NCBI RefSeq assembly: GCF_001194135.2 | Contig: NC_068982.1 | Span: 62,472,931 to 62,509,951, forward strand | Reading direction: 5' to 3' | DNA length: 37,021 bases | Source: Octopus bimaculoides | Lineage: Eukaryota | Position numbers and translations under genes: made by a program | In this document: positions 10,590-20,504 of the stretch, piece by piece | Layout: every line of letters begins with the position of its first letter | Position numbering within the stretch: the first letter of the stretch is position 1 | Notes under the pieces: generated by a model | What the model was told of the DNA's origin: nothing | Database searches by the model: none | Seen by the model: only the letters and a program-made list of their open reading frames with translations

Positions 10590-10772
10590 AACAACAAACA
10601 AGATGAGGACAAATATTCGTCAAATGTAAATAATGTAAATAATGTAAATAATGTAGAGAATTTTTAAACCTAGTTTCTAAAGATTTTCCTGTTTGTCATA
10701 AATATCGTAGAATTTTTAGGAAAAGAACTCTGTTCATTATATTTCATTTAATTTCACATTACTTTATTTGTA

Positions 10773-11058
10773 TGGCGAGCTAACAGACACGTTAGCACGC
10801 CGGGCAAAGTGCTTAGTGGCATTTTGTCCGTCTTTACGTTACGGAGGCATGTAGGCAGAATCGTTAGGACATCAGGCAAAATGTTCAGCGGCATTTCGTC
10901 CGTCTTTACGTTCTTAGTTCAAATTCCACCGAGAAATTTGCCTTTTTGCCCTTTTGGGGTCGATAAAATAAGTATTAGTCATGTGCCGGGGTCGAGCTAA
11001 TCGACTATCCTCCTTCCCCCAAAATCTCAGGCCTCGTGCCTATTGTAGAAAGGATATT
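10773..11058 (+). mobile_element. SINE family A with tandemly duplicated 5' head
   Basis: The head (..GTTAG..GGCAAA..GGCATTT.GTCCGTCTTTACGTT) occurs twice (~10773-10840 and ~10853-10911), then the body and the tail GTGCCTATTGTAGAAAGGATATT. Confidence 0.85.
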
Positions 11059-12029
11059 AGTGTATTTGTATTTTTATAGATTACTTCCCTTACACNNNNN
11101 NNNNNNNNNNNNNNNNNNNNNNNNNNNNNNNNNNNNNNNNNNNNNNNNNNNNNNNNNNNNNNNNNNNNNNNNNNNNNNNNNNNNNNNNNNNNNNNNNNNN
11201 NNNNNNNNNNNNNNNNNNNNNNNNNNNNNNNNNNNNNNNNNNNNNNNNNNNNNNNNNNNNNNNNNNNNNNNNNNNNNNNNNNNNNNNNNNNNNNNNNNNN
11301 NNNNNNNNNNNNNNNNNNNNNNNNNNNNNNNNNNNNNNNNNNNNNNNNNNNNNNNNNNNNNNNNNNNNNNNNNNNNNNNNNNNNNNNNNNNNNNNNNNNN
11401 NNNNNNNNNNNNNNNNNNNNNNNNNNNNNNNNNNNNNNNNNNNNNNNNNNNNNNNNNNNNNNNNNNNNNNNNNNNNNNNNNNNNNNNNNNNNNNNNNNNN
11501 NNNNNNNNNNNNNNNNNNNNNNNNNNNNNNNNNNNNNNNNNNNNNNNNNNNNNNNNNNNNNNNNNNNNNNNNNNNNNNNNNNNNNNNNNNNNNNNNNNNN
11601 NNNNNNNNNNNNNNNNNNNNNNNNNNNNNNNNNNNNNNNNNNNNNNNNNNNNNNNNNNNNNNNNNNNNNNNNNNNNNNNNNNNNNNNNNNNNNNNNNNNN
11701 NNNNNNNNNNNNNNNNNNNNNNNNNNNNNNNNNNNNNNNNNNNNNNNNNNNNNNNNNNNNNNNNNNNNNNNNNNAGTTTCTTACCACATAGTATGCTTGC
11801 TCCTAATGAGATATACGAAATAAAATAGCCCAGGGAAAGAAACAGGATGGTTGACAGTAATGTAAATTTCTAGCTGATGTGAAAAAATAAGATATATTTG
11901 AAAAACAAAATATAATACAATAAGATGAAGTGAAATGAAATGAAATTGAAATGAATAGAGCTTGCAGGACCTTCAGAAATACATAATACTTTAATATATT
12001 AAAAATTTTCTGGACACAGACTTAATAGT

Positions 12030-12154
12030 ATATACAAAGTCTGGGTACATGGGGATTAACACATACTTTAAGAAATTATTCTTTCTTATATTTAATTGGT
12101 TATGTTATGATTTTATTTACTCCAGGTACCCAGACTTTGTGGGCATCCTGTATA
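12030..12154. mobile_element. Tc1/mariner-type MITE (about 125 bp)
   Basis: Perfect 15-bp inverted repeat ACAAAGTCTGGGTAC (12034-12048) / GTACCCAGACTTTGT (12126-12140). The right end continues GGGCATCCTG-TA (Tc1-like terminus), and TA flanks both sides. Confidence 0.65.
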
Positions 12155-12461
12155 CATAAGGAGGCTGGAAAATCATGGATAAAAATGCTGTATAAAACGG
12201 CAAGAGGTCGTTTAAAAATATTCAAAGAGGGAGATAAATAAGATAGCCCCACTGGGGAACTCCGAAATAAAAGACAAAGTGGAAATTTGGCTGAGAGGAT
12301 TGACTTGTGCGCTTAAACATGGCTACAGCCACCGCCGCCGTCAGCGCCACTACCGGCCGTTGCCGGGACCACCACCACAACAACAACAACAACAACAACA
12401 GCAGCAGCAAAAGAAAATTTCTGTGTATTTACTTCATGACAGAATTTCTCTCTTCGCTCAC

Positions 12462-12544
12462 CCTTCCCTTTACATGGTGTCGTCGAAGAAGTTCTACTTC
12501 CATCAGCCTTTCAAACTCACGGACCCTTCTTAATTTCCCTAGGG
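12462..12544 (-). CDS. Candidate internal exon (83 nt) of an unidentified host gene: (A)LGKLRRVREFERLMEVELLRRHHVKGR
   Basis: Acceptor TTCCCCTTGCAG|, donor AGG|GTGAGC. One frame only is open, phase 1 to 0. Non-repetitive sequence between triplet microsatellites. Confidence 0.35.
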
Positions 12545-13183
12545 CTGCAAGGGGAACACCGTTGGTGGTGTTGATGGTAGTGTTATTGTTGTTCCTCGTA
12601 TTGTTGTCGTTGCTCGTGTTGTTGTTTAGTTCTAAGTTTGCCTAGACTAAGTAGAACAAACGTGCTTCAGCCACGACTATCTTGTTTTTTTCCCCACAAC
12701 GTAGTGTATCTAGGAATACATCGCCCATTAAAGCAGGAATAGAATGAAATTTCTCCTTTTGTGTATTGTGCAGAATCCAGATAAAAACGCGCATCAAAAT
12801 ACGAAATGCAAAAACGAAAAAAGAGATCAAGGGAAAGAACTCCTAAAACTAAATTGAATTGCCTCCCTTGTAATTTTAATATTCCTGCTCCAAACGACAG
12901 CTTCTGCTAAGGTTGCTTGCATGATTGAATCGGTACAGAAGAAAGCAAAATACTCAAAAGAATCTAATTAAAATCCACAGTAGCTTTCGAGTGGTGGGTG
13001 ACGAAAATAAATAGCAACGAAGTACTTGAGAGGATTGCTTTATTTGCTTATATTACAACTAATCAGTTTGAAATCATGACACATGATAGCTATATTCTTT
13101 TTCGATACAAACGACAAGCATTACAGTGTAAACTTCGTCTTCAATGAGACTGAATATATACAGACAAACAAATCTTTATATAT

Positions 13184-13346
13184 GGGCGTAGGCGTGGCTG
13201 CATGGTAAGAGGCTTGCTTCTCAAATACATGCTTCCAAATTCAGTCCCACTGCGTGACACCTTGGGCAAGAGTCTTCTACTATAGCCTCGAGTCGACCAA
13301 AGCGTTGAGTGGATTTGGGACACGGAAACTGAAAGAATCCTGTCGC
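13184..13346 (+). mobile_element. SINE family C, 5' half, followed by (TG)n and a gap
   Basis: GTAGGCGTGGCTGCATGGTAAGAGGCTTGCTT...CAGTCCCACTGCGTGACACCTTGGGCAAG...GGAAACTGAAAGAATCCTGTCG. Confidence 0.85.
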
Positions 13347-13384
<38 letters not shown>

Positions 13385-13789
13385 NNNNNNNNNNNNNNNN
13401 NNNNNNNNNNNNNNNNNNNNNNNNNNNNNNNNNNNNNNNNNNNNNNNNNNNNNNNNNNNNNNNNNNNNNNNNNNNNNNNNNNNNNNNNNNNNNNNNNNNN
13501 NNNNNNNNNNNNNNNNNNNNNNNNNNNNNNNNNNNNNNNNNNNNNNNNNNNNNNNNNNNNNNNNNNNNNNNNNNNNNNNNNNNNNNNNNNNNNNNNNNNN
13601 NNNNNNNNNNNNNNNNNNNNNNNNNNNNNNNNNNNNNNNNNNNNNNNNNNNNNNNNNNNNNNNNNNNTCTGGAGCAAATGAAATAATGTACAGTCAACTT
13701 GTTCCTCCCAGTCTACCTGTTCATTGTGCCCAGTTCAATGAATCAGTAAAAAATAAAAAAAATAAAGAAGAATAAAGAAAACTGTAACA

Positions 13790-14035
13790 TCCAGCACTGT
13801 AGGCCTATGGCCTGTCAGTCTAGAAGTCCCCCTCTGTTCGTTTATTAGGTAGGTCAATCATGTATCAGCGGCTTGCTACGTCTGACACAACTTCACCCTA
13901 TTACTCAATTTTGCTCGCTGAGTGGACTAGAGTGACTGAAATTAGGTGTAAGAACACAGCGCAACTCCTGATCCAGGAATCGAACCCACATCTTACGATC
14001 ACAAGTGCAATCCCCTACTACTAACCTATGCCCCA
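13790..14035 (-). mobile_element. tRNA-derived SINE with conserved central domain (CTCTAGTCCACTCAGC) and a distinct tail
   Basis: B box GGGTTCGATTCC. The central motif is shared with the 18105-18432 copy. Confidence 0.65.
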
Positions 14036-14220
14036 CCAGAAAGGTATCAGTGTCAGGATAATTAATAGAAATGTTAGCAAACAAAGTAAAATACATGAAA
14101 GTATTTTAGTTTCTCCGTCTAGATTCTGGTTTCAAATTAATTGGTATAACTTTGTGGATGAACTACCCCTAATTTTCAATTAAATCAAAGCCGGTATATT
14201 AATTACACTACTTGTAATTA

Positions 14221-14446
14221 ATATTTGTAAACTTCAGTACAAGACCAGCAATTTTTGGTTGAAGAGCTTGTTGTCGATTACTCTGATTTCAGTTTTCATT
14301 TTGTATTTAGTTTATGAGCCAGATAAGGTGAATGTGAATGGCAAAGTCGACTTCGGTGGAATTTGAACTCGGAACGTATAAAACCAGAAGAAATGCTTCT
14401 AAGCATCTTCTCCAGTGCGCCAACGACCGTGCCTGCTCGCTGCCTT
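14221..14446 (-). mobile_element. SINE family A
   Basis: AAGGCAGCGAGCAGGCA..CGTTGG..GAGTTCAAATTCCACCGAAGTCGACTTTGCC. Confidence 0.8.
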
Positions 14447-14577
14447 ACATTTTGAAATTAATAAAGTCATAATGTTATGGAGTTACGATTTCATAACCTA
14501 AGTACCAGCCATATACTTCGTCGATTCATTCTGCTTAGTCTCTTTGTGGGTAAAAATATAGTTATTTTGCTTTAGTA

Positions 14578-14615
<38 letters not shown>

Positions 14616-14972
14616 TGAAAATTGGACAAAATAGTTGATCTTTCAATCGTAAGTTGAAACCAACACGTATACTAATTTACGTTGCTGTGTCCACTAAACA
14701 TAATTATAGACACAAAATAAGAATTTTTTTCAAATAAAATTATTTATGATAATGGAAACAGATTTCTGAAATATTTGGTAGTTTACAAGAACGTAGTTAA
14801 AATGAAATAATGTCATATCTGTGTAACAGTTTCTGTTTATTGTTCACTACCCTCACAATCATGGAAGAAAATCCGAAGCAAGTAGTCAAGAGTTACCTCC
14901 CTTGCACTACACTAACATTAAATCTTTGTACATTCTCAGAAGTATCTTTTAACTAAAAATATTATTATCTAT

Positions 14973-15065
14973 CATCCTTTCGGGGTTGAGCACTGGGGTC
15001 GATGTAAACGACTTACTTCCTCCTCAAAATTGCTGGCATGGTGCCAAAATTTTGATCCAATATTG
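14973..15065 (+). mobile_element. SINE family A 3' fragment (GCTGGC..CCAATATT tail type)
   Basis: TCATCCTTTCGGGGTTGAGCACTGGGGTCGATGTAAACGACT...GTGCCAAAATTTTGATCCAATATT. Confidence 0.75.
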
Positions 15066-15280
15066 TTATCTATCACAGAGCTACACATTTCGTAAATAAG
15101 ATATTGGCTATGAGAAGTAGATATTACTCGACACGTTGTTCGAAAGCTCTAACAGTTTTGTTAATCCACTCCTCACTCGTAATATTGCATAAAACACACA
15201 AGAAGACTGCCTGCTATATAAGGCATTTCTTTTCGTAAACATCGTTAAAACCGTTCTAATAGTTGCAAGAACATTCGTTT

Positions 15281-15511
15281 AATATTGGTTTCAAATTTTG
15301 GAACAGGGTCAGCAATTTCGGCGGGAGGGTAATAGTCGATTACATCAGCCCCCAGTGCTCAGTGCTCAAATGGTACTTATTTTACCGACCCCGAAAAGAT
15401 GAAAGGCAAATTCAACCTCGGCGGAATTCTAATTCAGAGGGTAAAAAGACAGACGAAATGCCGCTAAGTATTTTGCCAGGCGTGCTAACGACTCCGCCAC
15501 CTCACTGCCTT
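15281..15511 (-). mobile_element. SINE family A
   Basis: Full head-to-tail match, with tail AAAATTTGAAACCAATATT. Confidence 0.85.
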
Positions 15512-15692
15512 CAAATTAATTTAATATTATCGTTGCTTAACGCTGGTTAAAAGTATTTAGTCCAAGGCATTTAGCCGCAGACCATCTCAATTTCATCACA
15601 ATCTACATCATCTAATATGACTTCTAATCTTTTCAAATGTTCAGGGACCTGCAAGAAGTTACGGGATTTTATTTTTAATTATTTCTTTGTAC

Positions 15693-15906
15693 GGTTAAGA
15701 AGGTCACATTGTAACTTCATGATTTCGGGTTCAGTCCTACTACGCAGCCCACTGGACAAGTATCTTCTACAAAAGCCTTGGGTTGACCAATGCTTTGTGG
15801 GTGAATATGGTAACTGGAAAGTGTGAAGAATCCTGTCGTGCAAGCACACGAATGTGTTTGTGTGTGGTTGTACGTGTTTGTGTGTGTTTGTATGTTCGTG
15901 TGAATA

Positions 15907-15948
<42 letters not shown>

Positions 15949-16158
15949 ACTGTTTGCACCCGCGTGTTGTAGTTGACCCAGTCACTGCTTGATAACTGTG
16001 GTTGATTTGTTTACATTCATATAACTTAGCGGTTTGACCAAAACATTGATAGAATAAGTAACAGATTTTAAAAAAATTCAAGTACTGAGGTCCATTTGTT
16101 TGGCAAAAATTTTACGAAAAGGTGCCTCAGCATATCCGGAGTTCAATAACTAAAACAT
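15693..16158 (+). mobile_element. SINE family C, full bipartite copy with internal (TG)n
   Basis: 5' half (GGGTTCAGTCCTACTACG..GAAGAATCCTGTCG), internal TG tract (~15850-15945), 3' half (AACTTAGCGGTTTGACCAAAAC..GGTGCCTCAGCAT). Confidence 0.8.
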
Positions 16159-16576
16159 TATATATATATATATTTATATATATATAAGCCAACAAGCGTA
16201 TATTAGCCATCTGTTATACTATTCTGAAGTTTTTATATTTTGTCATATTCACTCCCAACCTGGTATCTGTATGCGCCACATTTCACTGCAGGAGCACAAT
16301 ACCTATCTAACGTAGTGAATATTTTAGAAATAAATGTTAATATGTTATTTTCAACTGAAGATCCCTGTGTATGTTGGTTATACAGAGGGAGAAATCAGTT
16401 GAAATATACAGAGGGAGAAATCAGTTGAAATATACATTACTTACTGATGTATTCAGTGTACAACGTAAGCCTATTTCTAATATGTTCATTGCATTGCTCG
16501 TGCATATCTTTATTGTGAGCTTCTGGTAGTTTTCGAGCCTTGGTTCAGATTTTAGCATGTGGTATCTATCTATCTG

Positions 16577-16852
16577 CGGAGGCGCAATGGCTCAGTGGTT
16601 AGGGCAGCGGACTCGCGGTCATAGGATCACAGTTTCGATTCCCAGACCAGGCGTTACTTCCTGTTTCTGTTGTGCCTGTAATTCAAAGGATTAGCCTTGT
16701 CACACTGTGTCACGCTGAATCTCCCCTAGAACTACGTTAAGGGTACACGTGTCTGTGGAGTGCTCAGCCACTTGCACGTTAATTTCACGCGCAGGCTGCT
16801 CCGTTTATCATCTCGAACCCTCGACATCGTAAGCGACGGAGTGCCAACAACA
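16577..16852 (+). mobile_element. tRNA-derived SINE family B with internal deletion and 12-bp TSD in (CTAT)n
   Basis: GGAGGCGCAATGGCTCAGTGGTTAGGGCAG..GTTTCGATTCCC head. About 100 nt missing relative to 20031-20410. Tail CGACGGAGTGCCAACAAC. ATCTATCTATCT at 16564-16575 and 16853-16864. Confidence 0.9.
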
Positions 16853-17349
16853 ATCTATCTATCTAGTAAAATAAGGATTCACATAGAACCAAGTATTTAA
16901 AAAGATATGCACCAGGTAAAGTTGGGTAAGCCTGTGGTTCCGGCCTATCAAACAGGATATTCCGGTTGTGTACACAGAAAACCAACGATGAGTATTTAGC
17001 GCCTAGGGGCTGGTCCAAGCACGTGTTACGTAGAATTGTACGTTGTTGGTATACTCTGGGGTATTCGACAAGTCGAAAATCGCGTTGGTGTATTATAATA
17101 AAATGACTAATAACTGACGATGGATAATTGTCAGGTCATTACAGCTGTTTCTTACGCATTTTTTAAATAGAAGAATGAGAAAATCACTCCATTACAAAAA
17201 CCGTAATCATCAGATGAAACGCTATTTAACAAACAAAAGTATATCCCAAGAATAGAGCAGGGACGTGGCTGAAGTGTGTCATTCCTCCACTTCACTCTCT
17301 ATTTCATATCTTATCTAGAATAACCATTGTTTAACCATTTTCTCATACC

Positions 17350-17398
17350 GTTACCGATTAAGGGATATATAAAATATCCCGGAAACAGCTGTAAGACC
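17350..17398 (+). ncRNA. Degenerate minimal hammerhead relic (third family)
   Basis: CCGATTA (vs CTGATGA)-A-GGGATAT/ATATCCC 7-bp stem II-G-GAAA-CAGCTG palindrome-GTA triplet. An inverted partial copy GAAACAGCTGTAA lies at 17139-17151. Confidence 0.45.
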
Positions 17399-17659
17399 TT
17401 CTATTTATAAATGTTCTGAAATCTTTCACAGCTTTGTATTTTTATCTCATTCTGTTTTATATATATATGGTTATATATATATGGTTATATATATATATAT
17501 ATATATATATATAATGAGTGTGTATGTATATGCCTTGGGTACAACTTTAAACAGCTTTAAACTTTAAACCCAGTACTGTGTTCGGGATTTTTCAGAGTTT
17601 TAAGAAGTGCGGAACCACTTCATAGCCACTACTGATTCCAAGGACACAGACACAGACAG

Positions 17660-17692
<33 letters not shown>

Positions 17693-18104
17693 CATAATTT
17701 AGGTATTTATTTGTTTTGTGACTTGTTGCCTGTGTGTTACATTTAGTTTTATGCTCTGTTTCAAGTATGCTTTCCGTCGATAATCTCTTGTATTGTGGGA
17801 AATTCTACTAAAGTACAGATGTATTGTTCAGTAATGTCTTCCTATATATTCTTTTGTGTGGTTTGTTTCTGTGATCTGTTTATTTAGTTTGAATTTTAAT
17901 TAGTTGGTATTATTTTAATAATCTTTTAAATCTTTCTGTTCAAAATTGAATAGATTGCTCTATTGCTTTTTGTTTTGCGATATCTCCGTATTTATCGGTG
18001 AATAAGAATATTAAATAAATCCACAGAATATAACAAACAGGAATCAAGAAGGGCTATTTTACTAAAGTAATTCACCAAATCATAAAACATTACATGTACA
18101 AATG

Positions 18105-18432
18105 TGGCACTCCGTCGCTTACGACGATGAGGGTTCCAGTTGATCTGATCAACGACGGAACAGCCTGTTCATGAAATTAACGTATAAGTAGATGAGCACT
18201 CAACAGACACGTGTACCGTTAACGTAGTTCTCAGGGAGATTCAGCGTGACGTAGCTAGTGAGAAGGCTAACCCTTTGAAATACAGGTACTGCTAATTTTT
18301 ACCGGCTGAGTGCACTGGAGCAACATGAAATAAAGTTTCTTGCTCATGGACACAACGCATCGCCGGGAATTGAACTCACGGTTTTACGATCGTAAGTCGA
18401 ATACCTTAACCACTAAACCACGTGCCTCCACA
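18105..18432 (-). mobile_element. SINE with family B-type 3' module but a different head and central domain
   Basis: Head TGTGGAGGCACGTGGTTTAGTGGTTAAGG..GAGTTCAATTCC, middle GAGCAAGAAACTTTATTTCATGTTGCTCCAGTGCACTCAGC, tail identical in type to family B (..CGTAAGCGACGGAGTGCCA). Confidence 0.85.
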
Positions 18433-18612
18433 CATACAAATACAGCGTAATAAATCCATTAGATAACACACACATTAAAAATGTACACAGAGCTTACAAA
18501 AAGTGTTGCATACAGAATCAAATACATCGCTTTTGTATTTAGTTTACAAGACTCTTGAAAGAAATTCGTGTGTTGAAACAAATTTTGTGTCTTGGGTGGA
18601 TCATTACACCAA

Positions 18613-18939
18613 CAATAATAAATAAACGCGCTGGTTCAATACCATTTCTTTATTTTTAGCCGATCGGTTGAATATCTAACCATCTAACTAATTAGTCGTT
18701 TGTTTAATGTGTTGGTTAAACAATCAATCAGTTTTTCAAAGCCGACCTTGGAGAGCGTGCATGTCATTGATGAGGTGGCGAATAACGACGAAAGGACTTT
18801 GATAAATAAAAAAAATTATTGATTGTTTAACCAGCATATTAAACAAATGATCGATTAATTAGTTGGTTAGATATCTACCCGACTGACTAACAATAAGGAA
18901 GTGATATTGAACCAGTGCGTGTGGTTGTAATTATTATTG
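18613..18939. mobile_element. Foldback/MITE-like element with ~110-bp imperfect inverted arms
   Basis: 18627-18736 aligns by eye at roughly 80% with the reverse complement of 18808-18919. About 70-nt spacer. No clear TSD. Confidence 0.75.
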
Positions 18940-19024
18940 ACGTAGTGAACCTCCCTAGACAACGAAATCAAATACACGCTAATTGTATTGACACAATCGA
19001 AAACTTGGTTAATTTTCTCTCTAT

Positions 19025-19073
19025 ACACGTGCGCGCGCGTGAGTGTATGTGTGTATGTGTGGTGTGTGAGTAC

Positions 19074-19104
<31 letters not shown>

Positions 19105-19340
19105 TGTATGCATGTATGTGTGTGTGTGTATGTATATATGTATGTATGTTTGTATTCATGTATGTATATATTAGAATATTAGTCTGTAAGTATGTAATAT
19201 ATAAATATATATATTGTCTGTATGTATGTAATATATATATATATATATATATACTTGGAAATGGATGTGTCGCGCTCAATTAAATAATAAGTAATAAATA
19301 ATATAATATATGTGTGTGTGTGTGTGTGTATACATGCATA
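19025..19340. repeat. Compound (TG)n/(TATG)n/(TA)n microsatellite block
   Basis: Seen directly. Confidence 0.9.
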
Positions 19341-19501
19341 TATGGGTAAAGGACTTTACCAATGGTGCAAAGTACATGAAATATGTAAACAACAAAAAAA
19401 AGTGGAAAACAGGACAAGTTAACAGAGAAAGGACCCTTCATTAGTTGTCGGCTGTCTATCTATTCCTCATTTCGAGCATTCAACGACAATATGAGTCTTC
19501 A

Positions 19502-19502
19502 A

Positions 19503-19545
<43 letters not shown>

Positions 19546-19790
19546 CGTGTGCGTGCGTGCGTGTGCGTGTGTATGAGCGTGTGTGAGTGTGTGTGTGTGC
19601 GTAGTTGTTTGTTACCCGCCACCGATCGACTGACAACCGATGTCAATTTGTTTGCGTTTCCGTAACCTAGCGGTTCGACAAAAGGTTCCGATAGATTAAG
19701 TATCAGACTTAAAATTGAGTACTGGTTTAGATTTGTTTGACTAAACTCCCCAGCATGGCTGCAGTCCAACAACTGAAGCAAGTAGAATAT
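19502..19790 (+). mobile_element. (TG)n plus SINE family C 3' half
   Basis: TGACAACCGATGTC..CCGTAACCTAGCGGTTCGACAAAAGG..CCCCAGCATGGCTGCAGTCCAACAACTGAAGCAAGTA. Confidence 0.8.
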
Positions 19791-20030
19791 AACAAATAAA
19801 AGTTAAATACGCTCTAATACATGTCGGATTCGACGCAGTATTTAATTACGTCTTTTACATTTTGAATTCAAATTTTGCCAACGTCAACTTTAAGTGTCAA
19901 CCATCAGTAAGTGATGAAAATGCCATTGATTGATAAGAAAAATGTGTACTTACCATATATGGTAGCCGTTCCATTGGCTATAAGCTGTCTCTCCCTACAT
20001 GTCATTATTTCTAACATAGGTATTTATATT

Positions 20031-20410
20031 TGGCACTCCGTCGCCTACGACGTCGAGGGTTCCAGTTGATCCGATCAACGGAACAGCCTGCTCGTGAAAT
20101 TAACATGCAAGTGGCCGAGCACTCCACAGACACATGTACCCTAACGTAGTTCTCGGGGATATTCAGCATGACACAGTGTGACAAAGCTGACCCTTTGAAT
20201 TACAGGTACAACAGAAGCAGGAAGAAAAGAGTGAGAGAAAGTTGTGGTGAAAGAGTACAGCAGGGTTCGCCACCATCTCCTGCCGGAGCCTCGTGGAGCT
20301 TTAGGTGTTTTCGCTCAATAAACACTCACAACGCCCGGTCTGGGAATCGAAACCGCGATCCTATGACCGCGAGTCCGCTGCCCTAACCACTGGGCCATTG
20401 CGCCTCCACA
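20031..20410 (-). mobile_element. Full-length, well-preserved tRNA-derived SINE family B
   Basis: TGTGGAGGCGCAATGGCCCAGTGGTTAGGGCAGCGGACTCGCGGTC (A box), GGTTTCGATTCC (B box), body, tail CGTAGGCGACGGAGTGCCA. Confidence 0.92.
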
Positions 20411-20504
20411 GAATACTCAAATACTGCGAGACATTTTATCAGACGTTCTATTGATTTTACCAGGCCTCATGTATTACCATGAAACACATCGATATTAACT
20501 AGAA

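Larger units (their letters stand above)
10167..10667. mobile_element. Palindromic (head-to-head) hammerhead-bearing retroposon insertion with 15-bp TSD
   Basis: GTAGAGAATTTTTAA at 10167-10181 and 10653-10667. Two inverted ~150-nt arms differ at about 10 positions. The centre holds a tRNA-like head (minus, ~10370-10425) and (AAT)n (10433-10494). Confidence 0.85.

Noticed and set aside
12279-12645. Plus-strand poly-Q / poly-N ORFs
   Set aside because: They derive from (GCC/ACC/AAC/AGC)n microsatellites, with no recognisable domain or good splice sites on plus.
16379-16436. Perfect 26-bp tandem duplication (TACAGAGGGAGAAATCAGTTGAAATA x2)
   Set aside because: Two adjacent units with no spacers, which fits ordinary slippage rather than a CRISPR-like or functional array.
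9550-19500. Further hammerhead-like fragments (minus 9640-9690, minus 19430-19500, plus 16980-17090, plus 25715-25765)
   Set aside because: Each lacks GAAA or a pairable stem II/III. Possibly PLE debris, but not supportable.
20330-20410. tRNA-like sequences (also 16577, 18370, 13970, 10370)
   Set aside because: They continue into SINE bodies and lack a closed acceptor stem, so they are SINE heads, not tRNA genes.
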